Under the pieces are notes generated by a model. It worked only from the letters and a program-made list of their open reading frames with translations. It was not told where the DNA came from and ran no database searches. Source: Eledone cirrhosa (Eukaryota). From it: DNA of 64,000 bases. Within the stretch, counting starts at the first letter, position 1. Every line of letters begins with the position of its first letter. This document shows, in pieces, positions 27,901-41,800 of this stretch. The stretch covers positions 92,008,001 to 92,072,000 of the forward strand of contig OZ024745.1 of assembly GCA_964016885.1 (NCBI GenBank). Direction: 5' to 3'. A program made the position numbers and the translations under genes.

Positions 27901-30900
27901 CTCCACTAGATACAGTAAGTTATATTACTCTGTCTGAGTATCAAACAGCTCCACTAGATACAGTAAGTTTTATTACTCTGCCTGAGTATCAAACAGCTCC
28001 ACTAGATACAGTAAGTTATATTACTCTGCCTGAATATCAAACAGCTCCACTAGAGACAGTAAGTTATATTACTCTGCCTGAGTATCAAACAGCTCCACTA
28101 GATAAACTAAGTTTTATTACTCTGCCTGAGTATCAAACAGCTCCACTAGATACAGTAAGTTATATTACTCTGTCTGAGTATCAAACAGCTCCACTAGATA
28201 CAGTAAGTTATATTACTCTGCCTGAGTATCAAGCAGCTCCACTAGATACAGTAAGTTATATTACTCTGTCTGATTATCAAACAGCTCCACTAGATACAGT
28301 AAGTTATATTACTCTGTCTGAGTATCAAACAGCTCCACTAGATACAGTAAGTTATATTACTCTGCCTGAGTATCAAACAGCTCCACTAGATACAGTAAGT
28401 TATATTACTCTGTCTGAGTATCAAACACCTCCACTAAATACAGTAAGTTATATTACTCTGTCTGCGTATCAAACAGCTCCACTAGATACAGTAAGTTATA
28501 TTACTCTGTCTGAGTATCAAACAGCTCCACTAGATAAAGTAAGTTATATTACTCTGCCTGAGTATCAAACAGCTCCACTAGATACTGTAAGTTATATTAC
28601 TCTGTCTGCGTATCAAACAGCTCCACTAGATACAGTAAGTTATATTACTCTGTCTGAGTATCAAACCGCTCCACTAGATACAGTAAGTTATATTACTGTG
28701 CCTGAGTATCAAACAGCTCCACTAGATAAAGTAAGTTATATTACTCTGCCTGAGTATCAAACAGCTCCACTAGATAAAGTAAGTTATATTACTCTGCCTG
28801 AGTATCAAACAGCTCCACTAGATACAGTAAGTTATATTACTCTGCCTGAGTATCAAACAGCTCCACTAGATACAGTAAGTTATATTACTCTGTCTGATTA
28901 TCAAACAGCTCCACTAGATACAGTAAGTTATATTACTCTGCCTGAGTATCAAACAGCTCCCCCAGATACAGTAAGTTGTATTACTCTGCCTGAGTATCAA
29001 ACAGCTCCACTAGATACAGTAAGTTATGTTATTCTGTCTGAGTATCAAACAGCTCCACTAGATACAGTAAGTTATATTACTCTGTCTGAGTATCAAACAG
29101 CTCCACTAGATACAGTAAGTTATATTACTCTGCCTGAGTATCAAACAGCTCCACTAGATACAGTAAGTTATATTACTCTGTCTGAGTATCAAACAGCTCC
29201 ACTAGATACAGTAAGTTATATTACTCTGCCTGAGTATCAAACAGCTCCACTAGATACAGTAAGTTATATTACTCTGCCTGAGTATCAAGCAGCTCCACTA
29301 GATACAGTAAGTTATATTACTCTGTCTGAGTATCAAACAGCTCCACTAGATACAGTAAGTTTTATTACTCTGCCTGAGTATCAAACAGCTCCACTAGATA
29401 CAGTAAGTTATATTACTCTGCCTGAATATCAAACAGCTCCACTAGAGACAGTAAGTTATATTACTCTGCCTGAGTATCAAACAGCTCCACTAGATAAACT
29501 AAGTTATATTACTCTGCCTGAGTATCAAACAGCTCCACTAGATACAGTAAGTTATATTACTCTGTCTGAGTATCAAACAGCTCCACTAGATACAGTAAGT
29601 TATATTACTCTGCCTGAGTATCAAGCAGCTCCACTAGATACAGTAAGTTATATTACTCTGTCTGATTATCAAACAGCTCCACTAGATACAGTAAGTTATA
29701 TTACTCTGTCTGAGTATCAAATGGCTCCACTAGATACAGTAAGTTATATTACTCTGCCTGAGTATCAAACAGCTCCACTAGATACAGTAAGTTATATTAC
29801 TCTGTCTGAGTATCAAACACCTCCACTAAATACAGTAAGTTATATTACTCTGTCTGCGTATCAAACAGCTCCACTAGATACAGTAAGTTATATTACTCTG
29901 TCTGAGTATCAAACAGCTCCACTAGATAAAGTAAGTTATATTACTCTGCCTGAGTATCAAACAGCTCCACTAGATACTGTAAGTTATATTACTCTGTCTG
30001 CGTATCTAACAGCTCCACTAGATACAGTAAGTTATATTACTCTGTCTGAGTATCAAACCGCTCCACTAGATACAGTAAGTTATATTACTGTGCCTGAGTA
30101 TCAAACAGCTCCACTAGATAAAGTAAGTTATATTACTCTGCCTGAGTATCAAACAGCTCCACTAGATAAAGTAAGTTATATTACTCTGCCTGAGTATCAA
30201 ACAGCTCCACTAGATACAGTAAGTTATATTACTCTGCCTGAGTATCAAACAGCTCCACTAGATACAGTAAGTTATATTACTCTGTCTGATTATCAAACAG
30301 CTCCACTAGATACAGTAAGTTATATTACTCTGCCTGAGTATCAAACAGCTCCCCCAGATACAGTAAGTTGTATTACTCTGCCTGAGTATCAAACAGCTCC
30401 ACTAGATACAGTAAGTTATGTTATTCTGTCTGAGTATCAAACAGCTCCACTAGATACAGTAAGTTATATTACTCTGTCTGAGTATCAAACAGCTCCACTA
30501 GATACAGTAAGTTATATTACTCTGCCTGAGTATCAAACAGCTCCACTAGATACAGTAAGTTATATTACTCTGCCTGAGTATCAAACAGCTCCACTAGATA
30601 CAGTAAGTTATATTACTCTGTCTGAGTATCAAACAGCTCCACTAGATACAGTAGGTTATATTACTCTGCCTGAGTATCAAACAGCTCCCCTAGATACAGT
30701 AGGTTATATTACTCTGTCTGAGTATCAAACAGCTCCACTAGATACAGTAATTATATTACTCTGTCTGAGTATCAAACATCTCCACTAGATACAGTAAGTT
30801 ATATTACTCTGCCTGAGTTTCAAACAGCTCCACTAGATACAGTAAGTTATATTACTCTGCCTGAGTATCAAGCAGCTCCACTAGATACAGTAAGTTATAT

Positions 30901-33900
30901 TACTCTGTCTGAGTATCAAACAGCTCCACTAGATACAGTAAGTTTTATTACTCTGCCTGAGTATCAAACAGCTCCACTAGATACAGTAAGTTATATTACT
31001 CTGCCTGAGTATCAAACAGCTCCACTAGATACAGTAAGTTATATTACTCTGCCTGAGTATCAAACAGCTCCACTAGATACAGTAAGTTATATTACTCTGC
31101 CTGAGTATCAAGCAGCTCCACTAGATACAGTAAGTTATATTACTCTGTCTGAGTATCAAACAGCTCCACTAGATACAGTAAGTTTTATTACTCTGCCTGA
31201 GTATCAAACAGCTCCACTAGATACAGTAAGTTATATTACTCTGCCTGAATATCAAACAGCTCCACTAGAGACAGTAAGTTATATTACTCTGTCTGAGTAT
31301 CAAACAGCTCCACTAGATACAGTAAGTTATATTACTCTGTCTGAGTATCAAACAGCTCCACTACATACTGTAAGTTATATTACTCTGTCTGCATATCAAA
31401 CAGCTCCACTATATACAGTAAGTTATATTCCTCTGTCTGAGTATCAAACAGCTCCACTAGATACAGTAAGTTATATTACTCTGCCTGAGTATCAAACAGC
31501 TCCACTAGATAAACTAAGTTATATTACTCTGCCTGAGTATCAAACAGCTCCACTAGATACAGTAAGTTATATTACTCTGTCTGAGTATCAAACAGCTCCA
31601 CTAGATACAGTAAGTTATATTACTCTGCCTGAGTATCAAACAGCTCCACTTGATACAGTAAGTTATATTACTCTGTCTGATTATCAAACAGCTCCCCCAG
31701 ATACAGTAAGTTATTTTACTCTGCCTGAGTATCAAACAGCTCCACTAGATACAGTAAGTTATATTATTCTGTCTGAGTATCAAACAGCTCCACTAGATAC
31801 AGTAAGTTATATTACTCTGTCTGAGTATCAAACAGCTCCACTAAATACAGTAAGTTATATTACTCTGTCTGCGTATCAAACAGCTCCACTAGATACAGTA
31901 AGTTATATTACTCTGTCTGAGTATCAAACAGCTCCACTAGATAAAGTAAGTTATATTACTCTGTCTGATTATCAAACAGCTCCACTAGATACAGTAAGTT
32001 ATATTACTCTGCCTGAGTATCAAACAGCTCCCCCAGATACAGTAAGTTATATTACTCTGCCTGAGTATCAAACAGCTCCACTAGATACAGTAAGTTATAT
32101 TATTCTGTCTGAGTATCAAACAGCTCCACTAGATACAGTAAGTTATATTACTCTGTCTGAGTATCAAACAGCTCCACTAGATACAGTAAGTTATATTACT
32201 CTGCCTCAGTATCAAACAGCTCCACTAGATACAGTAAGTTATATTACTCAGCCTGAGTATCAAACAGCTCCACTAGATACAGTAAGTTATATTACTCTGT
32301 CTGAGTATCAAACAGCTCCACTATATACAGTAGGTTATATTACTCTGCCTGAGTATCAAACAGCTCCCCTAGATACAGTAGGTTATATTACTCTGCCTGA
32401 GTATCAAACAGCTCCACTAGATACAGTAAGTTATATTACTCTGCCTGAGTATCAAACAGCTCCACTAGATACAGTAAGTTATATTACTCTGCCTGAGTAT
32501 CAAACAGCTCCACTAGATACAGTAAGTTATATTACTCTGCCTGAGTATCAAGCAGCTCCACTAGATACAGTAAGTTATATTACTCTGTCTGAGTATCAAA
32601 CAGCTCCACTAGATACAGTAAGTTTTATTACTCTGCCTGAGTATCAAACAGCTCCACTAGATACAGTAAGTTATATTACTCTGCCTGAATATCAAACAGC
32701 TCCACTAGAGACAGTAAGTTATATTACTCTGCCTGAGTATCAAACAGCTCCACTAGATAAACTAAGTTATATTACTCTGCCTGAGTATCAAACAGCTCCA
32801 CTAGATACAGTAAGTTATATTACTCTGTCTGAGTATCAAACAGCTCCACTAGATACAGTAAGTTATATTACTCTGCCTGAGTATCAAGCAGCTCCACTAG
32901 ATACAGTAAATTATATTACTCTGTCTGATTATCAAACAGCTCCACTAGATACAGTAAGTTATATTACTCTGTCTGAGTATCAAACAGCTCCACTAGATAC
33001 AGTAAGTTATATTACTCTGCCTGAGTATCAAACAGCTCCACTAGATACAGTAAGTTATATTACTCTGTCTGAGTATCAAACACCTCCACTAAATACAGTA
33101 AGTTATATTACTCTGTCTGAGTATCAAACAGCTCCACTAGATAAAGTAAGTTATATTACTCTGCCTGAGTATCAAACAGCTCCACTAGATACTGTAAGTT
33201 ATATTACTCTGTCTGCGTATCAAACAGCTCCACTAGATACAGTAAGTTATATTACTCTGTCTGAGTATCAAACCGCTCCACTAGATACAGTAAGTTATAT
33301 TACTGTGCCTGAGTATCAAACAGCTCCACTAGATAAAGTAAGTTATATTACTCTGCCTGAGTATCAAACAGCTCCACTAGATAAAGTAAGTTATATTACT
33401 CTGCCTGAGTATCAAACAGCTCCACTAGATACAGTAAGTTATATTACTCTGCCTGAGTATCAAACAGCTCCACTAGATACAGTAAGTTATATTACTCTGT
33501 CTGATTATCAAACAGCTCCACTAGATACAGTAAGTTATATTACTCTGCCTGAGTATCAAACAGCTCCCCCAGATACAGTAAGTTGTATTACTCTGCCTGA
33601 GTATCAAACAGCTCCACTAGATACAGTAAGTTATGTTATTCTGTCTGAGTATCAAACAGCTCCACTAGATACAGTAAGTTATATTACTCTGTCTGAGTAT
33701 CAAACAGCTCCACTAGATACAGTAAGTTATATTACTCTGCCTGAGTATCAAACAGCTCCACTAGATACAGTAAGTTATATTACTCTGCCTGAGTATCAAA
33801 CAGCTTCACTAGATACAGTAAGTTATATTACTCTGTCTGAGTATCAAACAGCTCCACTAGATACAGTAGGTTATATTACTCTGCCTGAGTTTCAAACAGC

Positions 33901-34489
33901 TCCACTAGATACAGTAAGTTATATTACTCTGCCTGAGTATCAAGCAGCTCCACTAGATACAGTAAGTTATATTACTCTGTCTGAGTATCAAACAGCTCCA
34001 CTAGATACAGTAAGTTATATTACTCTGTCTGAGTATCAAACAGCTCCACTAAATACAGTAAGTTATATTACTCTGTCTGCGTATCAAACAGCTCCACTAG
34101 ATACAGTAAGTTTTATTACTCTGCCTGAGTATCAAACAGCTCCACTAGATACAGTAAGTTATATTACTCTGCCTGAATATCAAACAGCTCCACTAGAGAC
34201 AGTAAGTTATATTACTCTGCCTGAGTATCAAACAGCTCCACTAGATAAACTAAGTTATATTACTCTGCCTGAGTATCAAACAGCTCCACTAGATACAGTA
34301 AGTTATATTACTCTGTCTGAGTATCAAACAGCTCCACTAGATACAGTAAGTTATATTACTCTGCCTGAGTATCAAGCAGCTCCACTAGATACAGTAAGTT
34401 ATATTACTCTGTCTGATTATCAAACAGCTCCACTAGATACAGTAAGTTATATTACTCTGTCTGAGTATCAAACAGCTCCACTAGATAAA

Positions 34490-37400
34490 GTAAGTTATAT
34501 TACTCTGCCTGAGTATCAAACAGCTCCACTAGATACTGTAAGTTATATTACTCTGTCTGCGTATCAAACAGCTCCACTAGATACAGTAAGTTATATTACT
34601 CTGTCTGAGTATCAAACCGCTCCACTAGATACAGTAAGTTATATTACTGTGCCTGAGTATCAAACAGCTCCACTAGATAAAGTAAGTTATATTACTCTGC
34701 CTGAGTATCAAACAGCTCCACTAGATAAAGTAAGTTATATTACTCTGCCTGAGTATCAAACAGCTCCACTAGATACAGTAAGTTATATTACTCTGCCTGA
34801 GTATCAAACAGCTCCACTAGATACAGTAAGTTATATTACTCTGTCTGATTATCAAACAGCTCCACTAGATACAGTAAGTTATATTACTCTGCCTGAGTAT
34901 CAAACAGCTCCCCCAGATACAGTAAGTTGTATTACTCTGCCTGAGTATCAAACAGCTCCACTAGATACAGTAAGTTATGTTATTCTGTCTGAGTATCAAA
35001 CAGCTCTACTAGATACAGTAAGTTATATTACTCTGTCTGAGTATCAAACAGCTCCACTAGATACAGTAAGTTTTATTACTCTGCCTGAGTATCAAACAGC
35101 TCCACTAGATACAGTAAGTTATATTACTCTGCCTGAGTATCAAACAGCTCCACTAGATACAGTAAGTTATATTACTCTGTCTGAGTATCAAACAGCTCCA
35201 CTAGATACAGTAGGTTATATTACTCTGCCTGAGTATCAAACAGCTCCCCTAGATACAGTAGGTTATATTACTCTGTCTGAGTATCAAACAGCTCCACTAG
35301 ATACAGTAATTATATTACTCTGTCTGAGTATCAAACATCTCCACTTGATACAGTAAGTTATATTACTCTGCCTGAGTTTCAAACAGCTCCACTAGATACA
35401 GTAAGTTATATTACTCTGCCTGAGTATCAAGCAGCTCCACTAGATACAGTAAGTTATATTACTCTGTCTGAGTATCAAACAGCTCCACTAGATACAGTAA
35501 GTTTTATTACTCTGCCTGAGTATCAAACAGCTCCACTAGATACAGTAAGTTATATTACTCTGCCTGAGTATCAAACAGCTCCACTAGATACAGTAAGTTA
35601 TATTACTCTGCCTGAGTATCAAACAGCTCCACTAGATACAGTAAGTTATATTACTCTGCCTGAGTATCAAGCAGCTCCACTAGATACAGTAAGTTATATT
35701 ACTCTGTCTGAGTATCAAACAGCTCCACTAGATACAGTAAGTTTTATTACTCTGCCTGAGTATCAAACAGCTCCACTAGATACAGTAAGTTATATTACTC
35801 TGCCTGAATATCAAACAGCTCCACTAGAGACAGTAAGTTATATTACTCTGTCTGAGTATCAAACAGCTCCACTAGATACAGTAAGTTATATTACTCTGTC
35901 TGAGTATCAAACAGCTCCACTAGATACTGTAAGTTATATTACTCTGTCTGCATATCAAACAGCTCCACTATATACAGTAAGTTATATTCCTCTGTCTGAG
36001 TATCAAACAGCTCCACTAGATACAGTAAGTTATATTACTCTGCCTGAGTATCAAACAGCTCCACTAGATAAACTAAGTTATATTACTCTGCCTGAGTATC
36101 AAACAGCTCCACTAGATACAGTAAGTTATATTACTCTGTCTGAGTATCAAACAGCTCCACTAGATACAGTAAGTTATATTACTCTGTCTGAGTATCAAAC
36201 AGCTCCACTAGATACAGTAAGTTATATTACTCTGCCTGAGTATCAAACAGCTCCACTTGATACAGTAAGTTATATTACTCTGCCTGAGTATGAAACAGCT
36301 CCACTAGATACAGTAAGTTATATTACTCTGTCTGAGTATCAAACAGCTCCACTAGATACAGTAAGTTATATTACTCTGCCTGAGTATCAAACAGCTCCAC
36401 TAGATACAGTGTTATATTACTCTGTCTGAGTATCAAACAGCTCCACGAGATACAGTGTTATATTACTCTGTCTGAGTATCAAACAGCTCCACTAGATACA
36501 GTAAGTTATATTACTCTGTCTGCGTATCAAAGAGCTCCACTAGATACAGTAACTTATATTACTCTGTCTGAGTATCAAACAGCTCCACTAGATACAGTAA
36601 GTTATATTACTCCGTCTGAGTATCAAACAGCTCCACTAGATACAGTAAGTTATATTACTCTGCCTGAGTATCAAACAGCTCCACTATATACAGTAAGTTA
36701 TATTACTCTGCCTGAGTATCAAATAGCTCCACTAGATACAGTAAGTTATATTCCTCTGTCTGAGTATCAAACAGCTCCCCTAGATACAGTAAGTTATATT
36801 CCTCTGCCTGAGTATCAAACAGCTCCACTAGATACAGTAAGTTATATTACTCTGCCTGAGTATCAAACAGCTCCACTAGATACAGTAAGTTATATTACTC
36901 TGCCTGAGTATCAAACAGCTCCACTAGATACAGTAAGTTATATTACTCTGCCTGAGTATCAAGCAGCTCCACTAGATACAGTAAGTTATATTACTCTGTC
37001 TGAGTATCAAACAGCTCCACTAGATACAGTAAGTTATATTCCTCTGCCTGAGTATCAAACAGCTCCCCTAGATACAGTAAGTTATATTACTCTGTCTGAG
37101 TATCAAACAGCTCCACTAGATACAGTAAGTTATATTACTCTGCCTGAGTATCAAACAGCTCCACTAGATACAGTAAGTTATATTACTCTGTCTGAGTATC
37201 AAACAGCTCCACTAGATACAGTAAGTTATATTACTCTGTCTGAGTATCAAACAGCTCCACTAGATAGAGTAAGTTATATTACTCTGTCTGAGTATCAAAC
37301 AGCTCCACTAGATACAGTGTTATATTACTCTGTCTGAGTATCAAACAGCTCCACTAGATACAGTGTTATATTACTCTGTCTGAGTATCAAACAGCTCCAC

Positions 37401-38800
37401 TAGATACAGTAAGTTATATTACTCTGTCTGCGTATCAAACAGCTCCACTAGATACAGTAAGTTATATTACTCTGTCTGAGTATCAAACAGCTCCACTAGA
37501 TACAGTAAGTTATATTACTCTGTCTGATTATCAAACAGCTCCACTAGATAAAGTAAGTTATATTACTCTGCCTGAGTATCAAACAGCTCCACTAGCTACA
37601 GTAACTTATATTACTCTGTCTGAGTATCAAACAGCTCCACTAGATACAGTAAGTTATATTACTCCGTCTGAGTATCAAACAGCTCCACTAGATACAGTAA
37701 GTTATATTACTCTGCCTGAGTATCAAACAGCTCCACTATATACAGTAAGTTATATTACTCTGCCTGAGTATCAAATAGCTCCACTAGATACAGTAAGTTA
37801 TATTCCTCTGTCTGAGTATCAAACAGCTCCCCTAGATACAGTAAGTTATATTCCTCTGCCTGAGTATCAAACAGCTCCCCTAGATACAGTAAGTAATATT
37901 ACTCTGCCTGAGTATCAAACAGCTCCCCTAGATACAGTAAGTTATATTACTCTGTCTGAGTATCAAACAGCTCCCCCAGATACAGTAAGTTATATTACTC
38001 TGCCTGAGTATCAAACAGCTCCACTAGATACAGTAAGTTATATTACTCTGCCTGAGTATCAAACAGCTCCACTAGATACAGTAAGTTATATTACTCTGTC
38101 TGAGTATCAAACAGCTCCCCTAGATACAGTAAGTTATATTACTCTGTCTGAGTATCAAATAGCTCCACTAGATACTGTAAGTTATATTACTCTGTCTGCG
38201 TATCAAACAGCTCCACTATATACAGTAAGTTATATTACTCTGTCTGAGTATCAAACAGCTCCACTAGATACAGTAAGTTATATTACTCTGCCTGAGTATC
38301 AAACAGCTCCACTAGATAAACTAAGTTATATTACTCTGCCTGAGTATCAAACAGCTCCACTAGATACAGTAAGTTATATTACTCTGTCTGAGTATCAAAC
38401 AGCTCCACTAGATACAGTAAGTTATATTACTCTGTCTGAGTATCAAACAGCTCCACTAGATAAAGTAAGTTATATTACTCTGCCTGAGTATCAAACAGCT
38501 CCACTTGATACAGTAAGTTATATTACTCTGTCTGATTATCAAACAGCTCCCCCAGATACAGTAAGTTATTTTACTCTGCCTGAGTATCAAACAGCTCCAC
38601 TAGATACAGTAAGTTATATTATTCTGTCTGAGTATCAAACGGCTCCACTAGATACAGTAAGTTATATTACTCTGTCTGAGTATCAAACAGCTCCACTAAA
38701 TACAGTAAGTTATATTACTCTGTCTGCGTATCAAACAGCTCCACTAGATACAGTAAGTTATATTACTCTGTCTGAGTATCAAACAGCTCCACTAGATAAA
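34490..38800. repeat. Block duplicated at long range: copy 2 (copy 1 at about 14050-18310)
   Basis: Same ordered rare markers as 14050-18310, including two pairs of 46-bp monomers (36410/36456, 37318/37364). Boundaries approximate. Confidence 0.85.
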
Positions 38801-41800
38801 GTAAGTTATATTACTCTGCCTGAGTATTAAACAGCTCCACTAGATACTGTAAGTTATATTACTCTGTCTGCGTATCAAACAGCTCCACTAGATACAGTAA
38901 GTTATATTACTCTGTCTGAGTATCAAACCGCTTCACTAGATACAGTAAGTTATATTACTCTGCCTGAGTATCAAACAGCTCCACTAGATACAGTAAGTTA
39001 TATTACTCTGTCTGATTATCAAACAGCTCCACTAGATACAGTAAGTTATATTACTCTGCCTGAGTATCAAACAGCTCCCCCAGATACAGTAAGTTATATT
39101 ACTCTGCCTGAGTATCAAACAGCTCCACTAGATACAGTAAGTTATATTATTCTGTCTGAGTATCAAACAGCTCCACTAGATACAGTAAGTTATATTACTC
39201 TGTCTGAGTATCAAACAGCTCCACTAGATACAGTAAGTTATATTACTCTGCCTCAGTATCAAACAGCTCCACTAGATACAGTAAGTTATATTACTCTGCC
39301 TGAATATCAAACAGCTCTACTAGAGACAGTAAGTTATATTACTCTGTCTGAGTATCAAACAGCTCCACTAGATACAGTAAGTTATATTACTCTGTCTGAG
39401 TATCAAACAGCTCCACTAGATACTGTAAGTTATATTACTCTGTCTGCATATCAAACAGCTCCACTATATACAGTAAGTTATATTCCTCTGTCTGAGTATC
39501 AAACAGCTCCACTAGATACAGTAAGTTATATTACTCTGCCTGAGTATCAAACAGCTCCACTAGATAAATTAAGTTATATTACTCTGCCTGAGTATCAAAC
39601 AGCTCCACTAGATACAGTAAGTTATATTACTCTGTCTGAGTATCAAACAGCTCCACTAGATACAGTAAGTTATATTACTCTGCCTGAGTATCAAACAGCT
39701 CCACTTGATACAGTAAGTTATATTACTCTGTCTGATTATCAAACAGCTCCACTAGATACAGTAAGTTATATTACTCTGTCTGAGTATCAAACAGCTCCAC
39801 TAGATACAGTAAGTTATATTACTCTGCCTGAGTATCAAACAGCTCCACTAGATACAGTAAGTTATATTACTCTGTCTGAGTATCAAACACCTCCACTAAA
39901 TACAGTAAGTTATATTACTCTGTCTGCGTATCAAACAGCTCCACTAGATACAGTAAGTTATATTACTCTGTCTGAGTATCAAACAGCTCCACTAGATAGA
40001 GTAAGTTATATTACTCTGTCTGAGTATCAAACAGCTCCACTAGATACAGTGTTATATTACTCTGTCTGAGTATCGAACAGCTCCACTAGATACAGTGTTA
40101 TATTACTCTGTCTGAGTATCAAACAGCTCCACTAGATACAGTAAGTTATATTACTCTGTCTGCGTATCAAACAGCTCCACTAGATACAGTAAGTTATATT
40201 ACTCTGTCTGAGTATCAAACAGCTCCACTAGATACAGTAAGTTATATTACTCTGTCTGATTATCAAACAGCTCCACTAGATAAAGTAAGTTATATTACTC
40301 TGCCTGAGTATCAAACAGCTCCACTAGATACAGTAACTTATATTACTCTGACTGAGTATCAAACAGCTCCACTAGATACAGTAAGTTATATTACTCCGTC
40401 TGAGTATCAAACAGCTCCACTAGATACAGTAAGTTATATTACTCTGCCTGAGTATCAAACAGCTCCACTATATACAGTAAGTTATATTACTCTGCCTGAG
40501 TATCAAATAGCTCCACTAGATACAGTAAGTTATATTCCTCTGTCTGAGTATCAAACAGCTCCCCTAGATACAGTAAGTTATATTCCTCTGCCTGAGTATC
40601 AAACAGCTCCCCTAGATACAGTAAGTAATATTACTCTGCCTGAGTATCAAACAGCTCCCCTAGATACAGTAAGTTATATTACTCTGTCTGAGTATCAAAC
40701 AGCTCCACTAGATACAGTAAGTTATATTACTCTGCCTGAGTATCAAACAGCTCCACTAGATACAGTAAGTTATATTACTCTGTCTGAGTATCAAACAGCT
40801 CCACTAGATACAGTAAGTTATATTACTCTGCATGAGTATCAAATAGCTCCACTAGATACAGTAAGTTATATTACTCTGTCTGAGTATCAAACAGCTCCAC
40901 TAGATACAGTAACTTATATTACTCTGTCTGAGTATCAAACAGCTCCACTAGATACAGTAAGTTATATTACTCTGCCTGAGTATCAAACAGCTCCACTAGA
41001 TACAGTAAGTTATATTACTCTGTCTGAGTATCAGACAGCTCCACTAGATACAGTAAGTCATATTACTCTGTCTGAGTATCAAACAGCTCCACTAGATACT
41101 GTAAGTTATATTACTCTGTCTGCGTATCAAACAGCTCCACTATATACAGTAAGTTATATTACTCTGTCTGAGTATCAAACAGCTCCACTAGATACAGTAA
41201 GTTATATTACTCTGCCTAAGTATCAAACAGCTCCACTAGATAAACTAAGTTATATTACTCTGCCTGAGTATCAAACAGCTCCACTAGATACAGTAAGTTA
41301 TATTACTCTGTCTGAGTATCAAACAGCTCCACTAGATACAGTAAGTTATATTACTCTGCCTGAGTATCAAACAGCTCCACTTGATACAGTAAGTTATATT
41401 ACTCTGTCTGATTATTAAACAGCTCCCCCAGATACAGTAAGTTATTTTACTCTGCCTGAGTATCAAACAGCTCCACTAGATACAGTAAGTTATATTATTC
41501 TGTCTGAGTATCAAACAGCTCCACTAGATACAGTAAGTTATATTACTCTGTCTGAGTATCAAACAGCTCCACTAAATACAGTAAGTTATATTACTCTGTC
41601 TGCGTATCAAACAGCTCCACTAGATACAGTAAGTTATATTACTCTGTCTGAGTATCAAACAGCTCCACTAGATAAAGTAAGTTATATTACTCTGCCTGAG
41701 TATTAAACAGCTCCACTAGATACTGTAAGTTATATTACTCTGTCTGCGTATCAAACAGCTCCACTAGATACAGTAAGTTATATTACTCTGTCTGAGTATC

